From a virus, in IMG/VR virus record IMGVR_UViG_3300042197_002234, positions 96,001-160,000 of that record: 64,000 nt of DNA, one strand, 5' to 3'. This document shows, piece after piece, positions 44,262-54,164 of the stretch. Position 1 is the stretch's first letter; every line of letters starts with the position of its first letter. A program made the translations under genes and the position numbers. The notes beneath the pieces were generated by a model. The model made no database searches, was not told the origin of the DNA, and saw nothing but the letters and a program-made list of their open reading frames with translations.

Positions 44262-45205
44262 TTTTGTTTACCGTAATCTAATATTTTATCAATAACAATC
44301 TTAATTTCTTCATCATTCATTTCGTGAATATCTTTATTGTTTTCAAACCATTCTTTAGCAATAACCTCAATAGGTTTTTTCGTTAATTTAGATAACCTTT
44401 TAAACCCTCTATATTGTGCGGGAATTTCATGTTCTTGAGTATAATATGGTAATGATTCTTCGGGTTCTTCATCTTTATCTAAAAACTCACCTTTGTATTC
44501 TTGTCTTCCGTGTTCTAGTTCGTGAGCCATTAGCTCGTTTATTTCGCCAACTAGTTCGTACATTTGTGATTCTATTTTTTCAGGATTAAAAAGTATTAAT
44601 ACCTCAACAACATCTTCATCAGGTACATAATAACCGTTTACTTTAAATCTATCTTGCATTTTAGAAGCTTTAAGTGTTAGTTCTACTGTAAAAGTAAATG
44701 GTAAGTTAGTAAACTTGTATTCATCACTTTCTTCAGGTAAATAAAAAAACCCACTTTTTTTCTTTTTAATTTTTTTAATAATATCTTTTACCGCAGTTCT
44801 TATGGCTAATCTACTCATTGTACTTTCATTAACGATTTCTTCTTTTGGTACTTTAAAGTTAATCTCTTCAATTAAAACTCTATTGTTGTCAACATCAAAC
44901 ATAGATAAAATTTGACTAATATCATTAGTTAAAACTCGTTTAAAATAAAACGGAGCTTTTTCACTAGTTAACTTTGAGGATAATATAATTTTTGATATAT
45001 CATCATTTAAATTAATAATATTAACCGAAACTTTAATATAATCATACCACTCTCCAACGCTTATCATTTTTTTATACCCCAAAATCTCAAATGTATAATC
45101 AATATCAGATTCGAAATCAACATTCAATATAATCGGATTCCTATACTTAAAAACCTTATCTTTAAGAATAAGATTAACTTTATTTACTTGATTTTGATTT
45201 AACAT
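44258..45205 (-). CDS. Hypothetical protein with a zincin-like HExxH
   Basis: AHELEHGRQ..QEHEIPA. Confidence 0.6.
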   Translation of the reverse strand: MLNQNQVNKVNLILKDKVFKYRNPIILNVDFESDIDYTFEILGYKKMISVGEWYDYIKVSVNIINLNDDISKIILSSKLTSEKAPFYFKRVLTNDISQILSMFDVDNNRVLIEEINFKVPKEEIVNESTMSRLAIRTAVKDIIKKIKKKKSGFFYLPEESDEYKFTNLPFTFTVELTLKASKMQDRFKVNGYYVPDEDVVEVLILFNPEKIESQMYELVGEINELMAHELEHGRQEYKGEFLDKDEEPEESLPYYTQEHEIPAQYRGFKRLSKLTKKPIEVIAKEWFENNKDIHEMNDEEIKIVIDKILDYGKQK

Positions 45206-45290
45206 ATCAATAAATACTTTTTTTTGACAAATAGTTCTTTATATAATTTGGTTTGGTAGTTAATTACTTTTTGGTGGTTAATTAATATTT

Positions 45291-45965
45291 ATGTATATGA
45301 ACTATAGAAAAATATGGGAATCATATCACGGTAAGATACCCACAGATAATTTAGGTAGAACTTTTGATATTCATCATATAGACGGTAACCGTAATAACAA
45401 CGATATTACAAATTTAATGTGTTTGTCACTGGAAGACCATTATAAAATACACCTAAAACAGTATAATGAAAATAAATCCGAAAAAGAATTTCGTTCATTA
45501 GTTTTCTTGTCTAGTCGACTTAGTAAACCAATTGATGATTTGAGTGGGTGGTCAGTTTCAGACAAAACTAAGGAGAAAATTAGAAACACTTTATTGGGTA
45601 GTAAGAGACCTCCTGAGGTTGTTAAAAAATACCAAGAAAAGTTAAAAGGTTATGTATGGAAGCCTGAAGATATCGAGTCCAGACGACAAGGTTTATTAAG
45701 GTATCATAAGGAAATGACCGAAGATTTTAAAAATGAATGGAGAAGTAAACTATCAAATTCCCATAAAGGGAAAGTTCTTAGTGATTCAACCAAAGAAAAA
45801 TTATCAAAGGTAAATTCAAAATTGACGGATAACGAAGTTTTATTGATTTATGACTTGATTATGTCAGGTGAAAGGTATAAAATTATATCTGAAAGATTTA
45901 ATATTAGTCAATCACAAATAACATCAATAAAACAGAAAAAAACATATAAATGGTTATGGAGTTAA
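45291..45965 (+). CDS. HNH homing endonuclease with NUMOD3-like repeats
   Basis: DIHHIDGNRNNNDITNLMCLS..H; VSDKTKEKIR, SHKGKVLSDSTKEKLS. Confidence 0.85.
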   Translation: MYMNYRKIWESYHGKIPTDNLGRTFDIHHIDGNRNNNDITNLMCLSLEDHYKIHLKQYNENKSEKEFRSLVFLSSRLSKPIDDLSGWSVSDKTKEKIRNTLLGSKRPPEVVKKYQEKLKGYVWKPEDIESRRQGLLRYHKEMTEDFKNEWRSKLSNSHKGKVLSDSTKEKLSKVNSKLTDNEVLLIYDLIMSGERYKIISERFNISQSQITSIKQKKTYKWLWS

Positions 45966-46387
45966 TATCAACACATCCAATTAAAAAATCAGACTTAGGA
46001 TTTCACGGTAATCTTTTTGGAGGTTCGTTACTTAAATGGATTGATTCAGCAGCTGCGGGTTATTCAATGCAGTTGTGCGATACTCCAAGGATGGTTACTA
46101 TATCAATAGATAAATGTTTTTTTGAAAGACCTGCCAAGGAAGGTCAATTGCTGAAAATTTATGGGACACCATCTAAATTAGGTAACACTTCCATAACTTT
46201 ATATATGGAGGCGAGAGCACATAATGTTTACACGGGAAAACAGACAATTATTTTAAGAACTAACATTAGGTTTGTTTCAATCGATGGTGAAGGTAATCCA
46301 ATCCCAATAGGTGAAAGAGGTAAAATAAGAATTCAAAATATAATAGACACACAAATAGAAAACAAAAATGAAAACGAAGAAGTTTGA
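45950..46387 (+). CDS. Acyl-CoA thioesterase (hotdog fold)
   Basis: DLGFHGNLFGGSLLKWIDSAA..FVSID..G.P. Confidence 0.85.
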   Translation: MVMELISTHPIKKSDLGFHGNLFGGSLLKWIDSAAAGYSMQLCDTPRMVTISIDKCFFERPAKEGQLLKIYGTPSKLGNTSITLYMEARAHNVYTGKQTIILRTNIRFVSIDGEGNPIPIGERGKIRIQNIIDTQIENKNENEEV

Positions 46388-47396
46388 TTTTAAAGACATT
46401 ACAATTGTACCAGAAATGGTTTCCTCAATCTCAAGTCGTAAAGAGATTAATATTTTAACATCAGAACTCAAGTTACCTTTAATGGTGTCCCCAATGGATA
46501 CTGTTGTTGATACTGAAAACTTTTTTAAATTTAGTAAAAAAGGAATGGTTGTTTGTATGCCAAGAGGTGAATCTGAAATTTCAGGAGTGTTTTGGTCAAT
46601 ATCATTAGAAGAGTTTGATTTAATAATTACCAATGAGATTATTCTTGATACGTGTGAACCAGTACATATTTTAGTTGATATGGCTAATGGTCATATTAAA
46701 AAGTTACACAAATTGTGTGAAAAATTTGTAAAACAAAATAAAAAAGGTGTGCATAAGTTAATGGTTGGTAATGTCGCAAATCCTGAAACATATGCCGTTT
46801 TATCGGAAATAGGTGTTGATTATGTTAGAGTTGGTATTGGTGGTGGTTCAGGATGTTTAACTTCTGCAAATACAGGTGTTCATTATCCAATGGCATCATT
46901 AATTAATGAATGTTTTAAAATTAAAAAAATTAACAGTTATAGAACAAAAATTGTTGCTGATGGCGGTTTTAGTAATTATGACGACATTATCAAAGCTTTA
47001 GCTTTAGGTGCTGATTATGTTATGTTGGGGGGTATTTTAAATAAAACTTTAGAGTCGTGTTCACAAACAAAACTTTTTAATTTAATACCGATTAATGAAT
47101 CGACTGCGGAAAAAATATGGTATGATTTACCTTTTTTAAGAAAATACATGTATAAAAACTTTAGAGGTATGAGTACTAAAGAAGTTCAAAGGAAATGGGG
47201 TAAGTCTGTTTTAACAACATCTGAAGGCATTGTAAAAACTAATAAAGTTGAATACACGTTAGGTCAATGGGTTGATAATTTTGGCGACTACTTGAGGTCC
47301 GCAATGTCTTATACTAACTCAAGAAATTTAGAAGATTTTAAAAATTGTGAGATTGTGTTTATTACAGAAAACGCCTTAAAAAGATTTAATAAATAA
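46368..47396 (+). CDS. IMP dehydrogenase/GMP reductase family (no CBS domains)
   Basis: SPMDTV, VD.ANGH, VGIGGGSGCLT, ADGG, VMLGG, FRGMS. Confidence 0.88.
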   Translation: MKTKKFDFKDITIVPEMVSSISSRKEINILTSELKLPLMVSPMDTVVDTENFFKFSKKGMVVCMPRGESEISGVFWSISLEEFDLIITNEIILDTCEPVHILVDMANGHIKKLHKLCEKFVKQNKKGVHKLMVGNVANPETYAVLSEIGVDYVRVGIGGGSGCLTSANTGVHYPMASLINECFKIKKINSYRTKIVADGGFSNYDDIIKALALGADYVMLGGILNKTLESCSQTKLFNLIPINESTAEKIWYDLPFLRKYMYKNFRGMSTKEVQRKWGKSVLTTSEGIVKTNKVEYTLGQWVDNFGDYLRSAMSYTNSRNLEDFKNCEIVFITENALKRFNK

Positions 47397-47672
47397 TTAG
47401 ACAAATGATATGGAGACTTTAAGGTCTCCATTTCCTTTTATAACCCTGTGATAAGTACCCTCAGGTATTAAATAACTTTTACCCACTTCTAATGTGATTG
47501 GTAATTCGTTATCTAACTGAACTTTCCAATTGTCGGACTCTAATACTTCAACTATTCTATTTTCTCTATCTCGATGCCATTTTAATTCATGTTCATCAAC
47601 ATTAGAATCAAAAGTTCTTATTTTAGTATTATTATGTTCTTTTTGAATAAAAGGTAATTTATTTTTCATCAT
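47397..47672 (-). CDS. Small cupin-like protein
   Basis: WHRDRE..IPEG.YHRVIKG. Confidence 0.65.
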   Translation of the reverse strand: MMKNKLPFIQKEHNNTKIRTFDSNVDEHELKWHRDRENRIVEVLESDNWKVQLDNELPITLEVGKSYLIPEGTYHRVIKGNGDLKVSISFV

Positions 47673-47681
47673 ATTTAAATT

Positions 47682-48257
47682 TTACCAATATCCACCGTAT
47701 GTTTTACCACCCCATAAATGAGCATATCTGTTAATTCTACAAGCCCAATATCCTGCGGTCATTCTATCTTTTTTTGCCTTACAATTATGTCTTGATGCAA
47801 ATTTTCTTCTAGCTTCAGGGTTAGATACTTTAGCTGTGAGCCCACCTTTAACATCACCAAAACTTATTTTTTTAACCTTACCTGTCGATGGGTTTTTTAC
47901 ATACACAACATATTTTTTACCACCACCACTATTTCTCATTGGTTTACCTAGTTCAACTTTCCTACCTTGATATTCAGCCTCATTAATAGATTCAATAACA
48001 TAAGGTACTTCTAACCTAACCATTTTACCATTAGATAATTTAACTTTTTTACCAAAGTCAGACTCCATCAACCACTTGTCCTCAAGACCAATTTGTATTA
48101 AATTTTTATTATATAATTTTCTAGTTTCATTAATTAACTCAAAAAAATTTTTAGAATAAGGTCTAAAAACATTCTCAGTTACGGATAAACCCTCATCTAA
48201 ATGGAATTGTAGATTCTTTGATACTTCTGTTTCAGTTATTAAACTTATTGGTGTCAT
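47682..48257 (-). CDS. Hypothetical protein (basic C-terminal domain)
   Basis: KYVVYVKNP..KKISFGD..RH.C..AGYWAC. Confidence 0.65.
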   Translation of the reverse strand: MTPISLITETEVSKNLQFHLDEGLSVTENVFRPYSKNFFELINETRKLYNKNLIQIGLEDKWLMESDFGKKVKLSNGKMVRLEVPYVIESINEAEYQGRKVELGKPMRNSGGGKKYVVYVKNPSTGKVKKISFGDVKGGLTAKVSNPEARRKFASRHNCKAKKDRMTAGYWACRINRYAHLWGGKTYGGYW

Positions 48258-48305
48258 AATTTGTCTTTTCAAATAAATATCACTAACTTTGCTTATATTA
48301 TTACT

Positions 48306-48701
48306 ATGAACGAAAAAGTATTATACATTGTTAGAGGATTACCAGGTAGTGGTAAATCAACGTTTGCAAAATCATTAGGTGGGAAACACTTTGAGGCTGA
48401 TATGTATTTTATTGATGAAAACGGAGTATATAACTTTGATTTTGCTAAAATAAAAATGGCTCACAATTGGTGTATGATTCAAACCCAAAAAGTAATGGTT
48501 GATGAGGAACCAAAAATAGTTGTCTCAAACACATTTACTCAAGAGTGGGAAATGGATACATATTTTAAATTAGCGAAAGAGAATAATTACAAAGTATTTT
48601 CTGTAGTCGTCGAAAATCGTCATGGTGGTAAAAACGAACATGGGGTTCCTGAAGATAAATTACAAATAATGAAGGACAGGTTTGAATTTAAACTATTATG
48701 A
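48306..48701 (+). CDS. AAA_33 / polynucleotide-kinase-like P-loop kinase
   Basis: RGLPGSGKST, EAD, VSNTF..WE, HGVP. Confidence 0.85.
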   Translation: MNEKVLYIVRGLPGSGKSTFAKSLGGKHFEADMYFIDENGVYNFDFAKIKMAHNWCMIQTQKVMVDEEPKIVVSNTFTQEWEMDTYFKLAKENNYKVFSVVVENRHGGKNEHGVPEDKLQIMKDRFEFKLL

Positions 48702-48892
48702 AAATATTTTTTAATTTATTAATTTTTATTATAAAACTTTTAATATCAATTAAAGTTTCATACCTATTATATATTACATATAACAATCCAACCAATGCTA
48801 TTATAGATAAATTATCTTGGTGGATTTGTTTATTAGTTTTTGATGTTTGGTTAATGTCTAATTTACCACAACCAAAAGAAGATGAATCTTAA
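48698..48892 (+). CDS. Small membrane protein
   Basis: Two hydrophobic segments. Confidence 0.55.
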   Translation: MKIFFNLLIFIIKLLISIKVSYLLYITYNNPTNAIIDKLSWWICLLVFDVWLMSNLPQPKEDES

Positions 48893-49962
48893 GGTTGTGG
48901 GTTTAAAACAGATATAGCCTCAGGATAATTTTGTGACAATACTTTTTCATTTTTATTTTCATAAGGTATGTTCTGAAGTACATATCTAATTGAATTTAAT
49001 CCTGATATTCTTTTATCGTTTGAATCTATAACAACCCAAGGATGATTTACAGTTGACGTTTTATCAAATAATCTATCCTTAAACTCTGTGAATCTGCCCC
49101 ATAAATCTTGCATTTTTTCATCATTTGGTGAATATTTCCAAGATTTAAGAGGTGATTGTTGTCTCATTTGAAATCTTTTAGCTTGAGTATCTTTTTCGAT
49201 TGAAAACCATAATTTAAATAGATAATCACCGTCTTTAACTAAATCATTTTCAAAATCTTCAACATTATTCATAAAATCCTCATACTCTTCAGGCTCACCA
49301 TAACCCATTAACGGTTCTATTAAACCTCTATTATACCAACTTCTGTCTAGTAAATTTATTTTACCTTTTTGTATTCTACTTCTATATCTATCCCACCAAT
49401 TTTTTCTTTCTTCGGGTGTTGGTATTCCAAGAGCAATTACATTATAATATCTCGGATTCATATTTTCAATAAACTTTTTAATTGTGGAGCCTTTACCTGC
49501 AGAATCCCTACCTTCAAAAACAATAATAACAGTTTTACCTGTCTTATTTAACCATTCCTCTAATTTCAACAATTCAATTTGTAGATAATAAAGTTCTTCT
49601 CTGTAAACTTTTTTTGGTAGTATTGAAGGTTCTTGTGGTACCATTGAAAATTCTTCGGGTTCATCCACAATATCTTTAATATTTTGTTGTCTAACTTCTA
49701 AAGACTTTAAAAGCTCATTGAAGAATTTAGACACATTCATTTTTCTATTACCTTTTAATTTTGTAATTTTTTCTAAACCACGTTCAAATAACGATAATTC
49801 AATTAAACCTTTGTCATGATATTCTTTTATTTTAATTAAATTCATTTTGTTTTCAGTGTTATATAATCTGTGTAATTTTAACAATGTTGTAATTTTTTCC
49901 ATGTAAAATTCAGAGTTATCGCTAACACCCTCTTCAATAATAAATTTATATAAATTAGACAT
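48889..49962 (-). CDS. ppk2: Polyphosphate kinase 2 with an N-terminal extension
   Basis: FEGRDSAGKG, DRSWYNR, KLWFSI, WKYSPND, T...PWVVI. Confidence 0.92.
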   Translation of the reverse strand: MSNLYKFIIEEGVSDNSEFYMEKITTLLKLHRLYNTENKMNLIKIKEYHDKGLIELSLFERGLEKITKLKGNRKMNVSKFFNELLKSLEVRQQNIKDIVDEPEEFSMVPQEPSILPKKVYREELYYLQIELLKLEEWLNKTGKTVIIVFEGRDSAGKGSTIKKFIENMNPRYYNVIALGIPTPEERKNWWDRYRSRIQKGKINLLDRSWYNRGLIEPLMGYGEPEEYEDFMNNVEDFENDLVKDGDYLFKLWFSIEKDTQAKRFQMRQQSPLKSWKYSPNDEKMQDLWGRFTEFKDRLFDKTSTVNHPWVVIDSNDKRISGLNSIRYVLQNIPYENKNEKVLSQNYPEAISVLNPQP

Positions 49963-49965
49963 AAA

Positions 49966-50184
49966 TTATTTAGAGCGTTTTTGAAAATAAAAATACAATC
50001 CAAAACAAAGACCCGATAAAAAATACAAAATTAGATTGGCGCACCAAATACTCCCTGTTAAAACAAAAAGTTGATATTGAATTATATCGAATCCAAACGG
50101 GTTGAAAAACATAGCTAACATTAAAAATTTTACTGACAAGTTTTCTAAAAAAACTTTTCTCCACGTTCTCTGTATGTTCATCAT
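49966..50184 (-). CDS. Small membrane protein
   Basis: 72 aa hydrophobic; FFNPFGFD. Confidence 0.55.
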   Translation of the reverse strand: MMNIQRTWRKVFLENLSVKFLMLAMFFNPFGFDIIQYQLFVLTGSIWCANLILYFLSGLCFGLYFYFQKRSK

Positions 50185-50297
50185 CCATAGATTTGTAATT
50201 AAAATTTATGTTTCTTTTGGAAACTGTTTTATTATAAATATTATAAACAACGAATAATTGTTAAGTGATGAATATTTATTGAGTAAAGACCAATTGT

Positions 50298-50804
50298 ATG
50301 AGAAAAAATATTATTGACGAAAGAAAAATTCGTAAAATTATTAGACAACATATTTTAGAACAAGTTAACATAGAAAAAGAACCTGAAAAAAAACAAAGAT
50401 GTGTTGCGGGTAATGTTATTCCGTTAGACGATATTGTAGGACCTTCAGATAGTTTTAATAGTTATGCGAAAAATCTATCTAAGAGAGATGGTGGAATTAA
50501 CGGTATGACAGATACTTTAGATATGTTAAGAACATTAAGATTACATCCAGATATTAATGATGGTGGTGAACATTTGTCCTATAGTTTAATGAATCATTTA
50601 AATAAGTTTAGAAACAAAAATTATTTTGATGAGACAAATAGTGGTTGTATGAAAGCTATGGATAAAGTAATTGAACTTTACAAGGAAAATGAACATGGTG
50701 AAGATTTAGTTAGAGACATTGAAAAAGTTTTAAAACACAACGACCCGACACCAAGAGCTAAAGAATATCTGAAAAGATGTCTTGTGTTAATTAAAGAAAA
50801 ATAA
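50298..50804 (+). CDS. Hypothetical protein
   Basis: 168 aa, TATTTAT at 50273-50279, HILEQ motif. Confidence 0.7.
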   Translation: MRKNIIDERKIRKIIRQHILEQVNIEKEPEKKQRCVAGNVIPLDDIVGPSDSFNSYAKNLSKRDGGINGMTDTLDMLRTLRLHPDINDGGEHLSYSLMNHLNKFRNKNYFDETNSGCMKAMDKVIELYKENEHGEDLVRDIEKVLKHNDPTPRAKEYLKRCLVLIKEK

Positions 50805-50919
50805 TCCTCAATCGAGGACTTTTAGGACCGTTATCGTTTCGGTAACAAAATTAAAGGGGAATCCGCTACTCCCCTTTTTTATTTAATAACTTTTTATTAC
50901 CTTTGTAGAAAAAATAGAG

Positions 50920-51528
50920 ATGAAAACTAATTTTGCAAATTCATTTTTTGATAGTTTTAAAAAAATGATGAATAGAGGTCGTTGGTATTGGAAACTTTGG
51001 GATTTGTTTAGATATGATATCCCAAGATTTTTCCGTAATCTATGGTTGTTCCGTAAAAACCTGTGGAATCACACTTGGTATAATGGAGACGGTTCAATAT
51101 TACCATGGGTCAAAACAGCGGTTGATGATATGTGCTGGAGGATTGAAAAACATGGTATGGAGGTTGAAGAAAGTCGTATGAAAAAAGTTGCTAAAATGAA
51201 AAGACTTTCATACTTAATTGATGTTTGTGTTAATGATAATTTTATTGATGTGGCGGAAGAAGAATTAGGCGTTAGAATGATTTATCATGATTGGGTATTC
51301 AAACCTGTTGAGGGAAGAGAGGATGTTGTTGAATTGGTGGATATGGACACCCCTGAAGAAAAGGAGATTAATACAAAAATCATAAAAAGAGCTCACGAAA
51401 TTCAAAAAGAATACTGGGAAGAACTAATATCAATTATTAAAGGTCCCGATTACGATAAAATTAGAGAGTCTGAAGAAGATTTTGATAAATTATATGATGG
51501 TTCTGATATTAGAGCTTGGTGGGATTAA
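50920..51528 (+). CDS. Hypothetical protein
   Basis: After TACCTTTG at 50898-50905; ends RAWWD. Confidence 0.75.
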   Translation: MKTNFANSFFDSFKKMMNRGRWYWKLWDLFRYDIPRFFRNLWLFRKNLWNHTWYNGDGSILPWVKTAVDDMCWRIEKHGMEVEESRMKKVAKMKRLSYLIDVCVNDNFIDVAEEELGVRMIYHDWVFKPVEGREDVVELVDMDTPEEKEINTKIIKRAHEIQKEYWEELISIIKGPDYDKIRESEEDFDKLYDGSDIRAWWD

Positions 51529-51550
51529 AAATTATTATTATCTTTGTATT

Positions 51551-51643
51551 ATGAAATCAATTATCAAAAAATATTCAGTGGGAATTGCAATCATAACTTG
51601 GTTTGTTGCTATTATAACTTTTGCTTACTTTATGACTAAATAG
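51551..51643 (+). CDS. 30-aa single-TM small protein (not in the ORF track)
   Basis: MKSIIKKYSVGIAIITWFVAIITFAYFMTK*, directly after TATCTTTG at 51539-51546. Confidence 0.55.
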   Translation: MKSIIKKYSVGIAIITWFVAIITFAYFMTK

Positions 51644-51645
51644 AC

Positions 51646-52338
51646 ATGAAAATTACATTAATATCCGATACGCACAATAAACACAAGCAAATCACGGAAG
51701 ATTTGATTGGTGGTGACTTGTTGTTACACGCTGGTGATATGTCAAGTATGGGATATCAGCATGAAATTAGAGAATTTCTCAAATGGTTTAACAATCTAAA
51801 CAACTATACTCATAAAATTTTTATTGCGGGTAATCATGATTGGGGTTTCCAAGACAGTCCTATGATGTGTGAAGGACTTTTAGATTTTTATAATAAGGTA
51901 ACCTACCTTGAAGATATGTTGGAGGTTATTGGGGATGATTATAATAGTTCTGTTAAAGTTTGGGGTAGTCCTTGGCAACCAGAATTCTATAATTGGGCAT
52001 TTAATTTACCACGTAATGGTGAACAACTCAAGGAAAAATGGGATATGATTCCTATGGACACTGATATTTTAATTACTCATGGACCCGCCTGGGGATATGT
52101 TGATGACGTTGAGGGTCGTAGAGGTGAGCACTTGGGTTGTGAGTTGTTGGCAGAAAGAATTAAAGTTGTTAAACCTAAAATTCATCTATGTGGTCACATT
52201 CACACTGGTAATGGTTATATGTTTGATGGTAACACTCATTATATTAACGCATCTGTGTTAAATGAAAGATACAATTACGCTCACAAACCATTTCACATTG
52301 ATTGGAATCCTGAAACTAACGATTTAATTTTCTTATAA
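51646..52338 (+). CDS. Metallophosphoesterase (MPPED/239FB-like)
   Basis: SDTH, HAGD, AGNHD, THGP, CGHIH. Confidence 0.9.
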   Translation: MKITLISDTHNKHKQITEDLIGGDLLLHAGDMSSMGYQHEIREFLKWFNNLNNYTHKIFIAGNHDWGFQDSPMMCEGLLDFYNKVTYLEDMLEVIGDDYNSSVKVWGSPWQPEFYNWAFNLPRNGEQLKEKWDMIPMDTDILITHGPAWGYVDDVEGRRGEHLGCELLAERIKVVKPKIHLCGHIHTGNGYMFDGNTHYINASVLNERYNYAHKPFHIDWNPETNDLIFL

Positions 52339-52342
52339 AAAT

Positions 52343-52960
52343 ATGAAATACATACTTGAAACTTATGGGTGGACTATGGATGTATCCTGTCACTCTCTAA
52401 CTGATGAACAAGTCTCAGAAATCCAACAAATTATGACTGAAAATGGTTATGAAGAACTGTGGGAGGCTAGATACGACATTGAAGATAAATTAGGAATTTA
52501 TATTCATGAACCTAACATGTTTCAAATTTCTAAAGGATTTCATAATGGAACCATGTATTTTTATGTTAAAGATGAGGATGGTAAAATTGTTACTGAATTT
52601 GGTATTGAGGACACTACTGATGTATATGACGCGGTACCAAATATTGATGACTATGAATATGAAGGTTATGACGCTTTTCCATCAAAAGACAAACATAAAA
52701 ACATTTTGTTAGTTATTGATGAAAATAAAGGTGGTATTAATGACTATCACTTTGAAAGTGATAAAATTCCTACCGCAGCGGATTTTTCATATCAACCAGG
52801 TTGTATTGAAACCCCTGATGGTGATTGGGATTTTATATCAAGAATATTTTTTAAAACAACCGAACTAGAAGTTTACGACCATTTGGACAATACTGGTAAG
52901 GCATCAACAATCGAGTTGTGGACATTGGAAAATTCAGGTGTTTTGGGTAATGAGGAATAA
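52343..52960 (+). CDS. Acidic hypothetical protein
   Basis: 205 aa ORF. Confidence 0.7.
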   Translation: MKYILETYGWTMDVSCHSLTDEQVSEIQQIMTENGYEELWEARYDIEDKLGIYIHEPNMFQISKGFHNGTMYFYVKDEDGKIVTEFGIEDTTDVYDAVPNIDDYEYEGYDAFPSKDKHKNILLVIDENKGGINDYHFESDKIPTAADFSYQPGCIETPDGDWDFISRIFFKTTELEVYDHLDNTGKASTIELWTLENSGVLGNEE

Positions 52961-52989
52961 AAAATGGGGGTTAGTGACCCCCATTTTAT

Positions 52990-53904
52990 TTATAGACTTA
53001 ATAACATCTCAACTAATTCAGGCTGTGGAAACATGTCTACTTTACCTCTCATAACATTAGTATGGGACCACATACCTTTAGTTCTTTCGCACATGGCAAC
53101 ATCCATCCTATCAAAAGCCTTAAACTCACCATCTTTTTTAATTAATTTAATTAAACCTTCTCTAACATCAATTGAATGTTTGTTACCTATATATAAAATT
53201 AGTTCTTTTAAACTAACAATTTGGTTGTCGGAATATTTGTGCCAATATTTAAACCCTCTAAATTCTTGACGTAATTCAACAATCTGACTTGGGTGAGCTT
53301 CGGTACCAACATAAGTATAAAATTTATCAGGATTTAATTTAATCCAAACACCATTTTTACTATAACCGCCTTTGGTTAATTGACCAAAATTACAAACTTC
53401 AATTCCTATTGAATTTCTGTGCATAATATTGTTTCCAGTACCAAGATGCCATCCATATCCTCCGTCAGGTATGCACTTTACAACTTCACCATCAAATTTT
53501 TCATCATTACCTCTTATTGACGGTCCCCCAAGAACAAATTCAGTGGCGACTTGACCTCTATTGTCATTAGCCCAAGCATCTATTGTATTGTATGGGTTAT
53601 GCCATCCTGCGGTGTGATGTAAAAATAACCATTCTTTTTTTGTTGGTCCTGGTAAAAATTGACCTTTAGGTAGTAATTTTTCCTTAATTAAAATCTCATT
53701 ATTTTCTGTAATGTCTGTTGTCGCAATCGCCATTGCGTTCCAAGTTACTGGACCAACCAAACCATCATCGAGTAAACCATTTTCTTTTTGCCATTTTTTA
53801 ACCGCTTTTTCAGTTTTTGGACCAAAATCACCATCAACATAAATGTTTAAAAATTCTTGTAGTAATTCTACGTTTTTTCCTTTTGAACCTAATCTTAGTG
53901 TCAT
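52990..53904 (-). CDS. Endolysin: PG-binding domain plus N-acetylmuramoyl-L-alanine amidase (Amidase_2)
   Basis: LRLGSKG..DGDFGPKT..DG.VGP.TW; LHHTAG, SIGIEVC, SH..V..K.D..P. Confidence 0.85.
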   Translation of the reverse strand: MTLRLGSKGKNVELLQEFLNIYVDGDFGPKTEKAVKKWQKENGLLDDGLVGPVTWNAMAIATTDITENNEILIKEKLLPKGQFLPGPTKKEWLFLHHTAGWHNPYNTIDAWANDNRGQVATEFVLGGPSIRGNDEKFDGEVVKCIPDGGYGWHLGTGNNIMHRNSIGIEVCNFGQLTKGGYSKNGVWIKLNPDKFYTYVGTEAHPSQIVELRQEFRGFKYWHKYSDNQIVSLKELILYIGNKHSIDVREGLIKLIKKDGEFKAFDRMDVAMCERTKGMWSHTNVMRGKVDMFPQPELVEMLLSL

Positions 53905-53952
53905 AATATTTCTTTTACTATAAATAATCTAAAAAAATAAAAAAGGTGGGAA

Positions 53953-54141
53953 TTATTTTTTCCCACCTAATTTAGTTCTTTTTACACCCTTAGTTATTGG
54001 GGGTTTTTTGTACTTAATCTCAACCTGATATGGGTTTACTGTACTTATCTTAGAGTCGTACTTCCAAATACTAATAGTGTCTTCATCTTCATAAATTCTT
54101 TCCCATTTTTTATGTTCTTCTTGACTTATTTTTTTACTCAT
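53953..54141 (-). CDS. Small basic hypothetical protein
   Basis: 62 aa, co-oriented with the aaRS-like gene. Confidence 0.55.
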   Translation of the reverse strand: MSKKISQEEHKKWERIYEDEDTISIWKYDSKISTVNPYQVEIKYKKPPITKGVKRTKLGGKK

Positions 54142-54164
54142 ACTGCAAATATAATAAAAAAATA

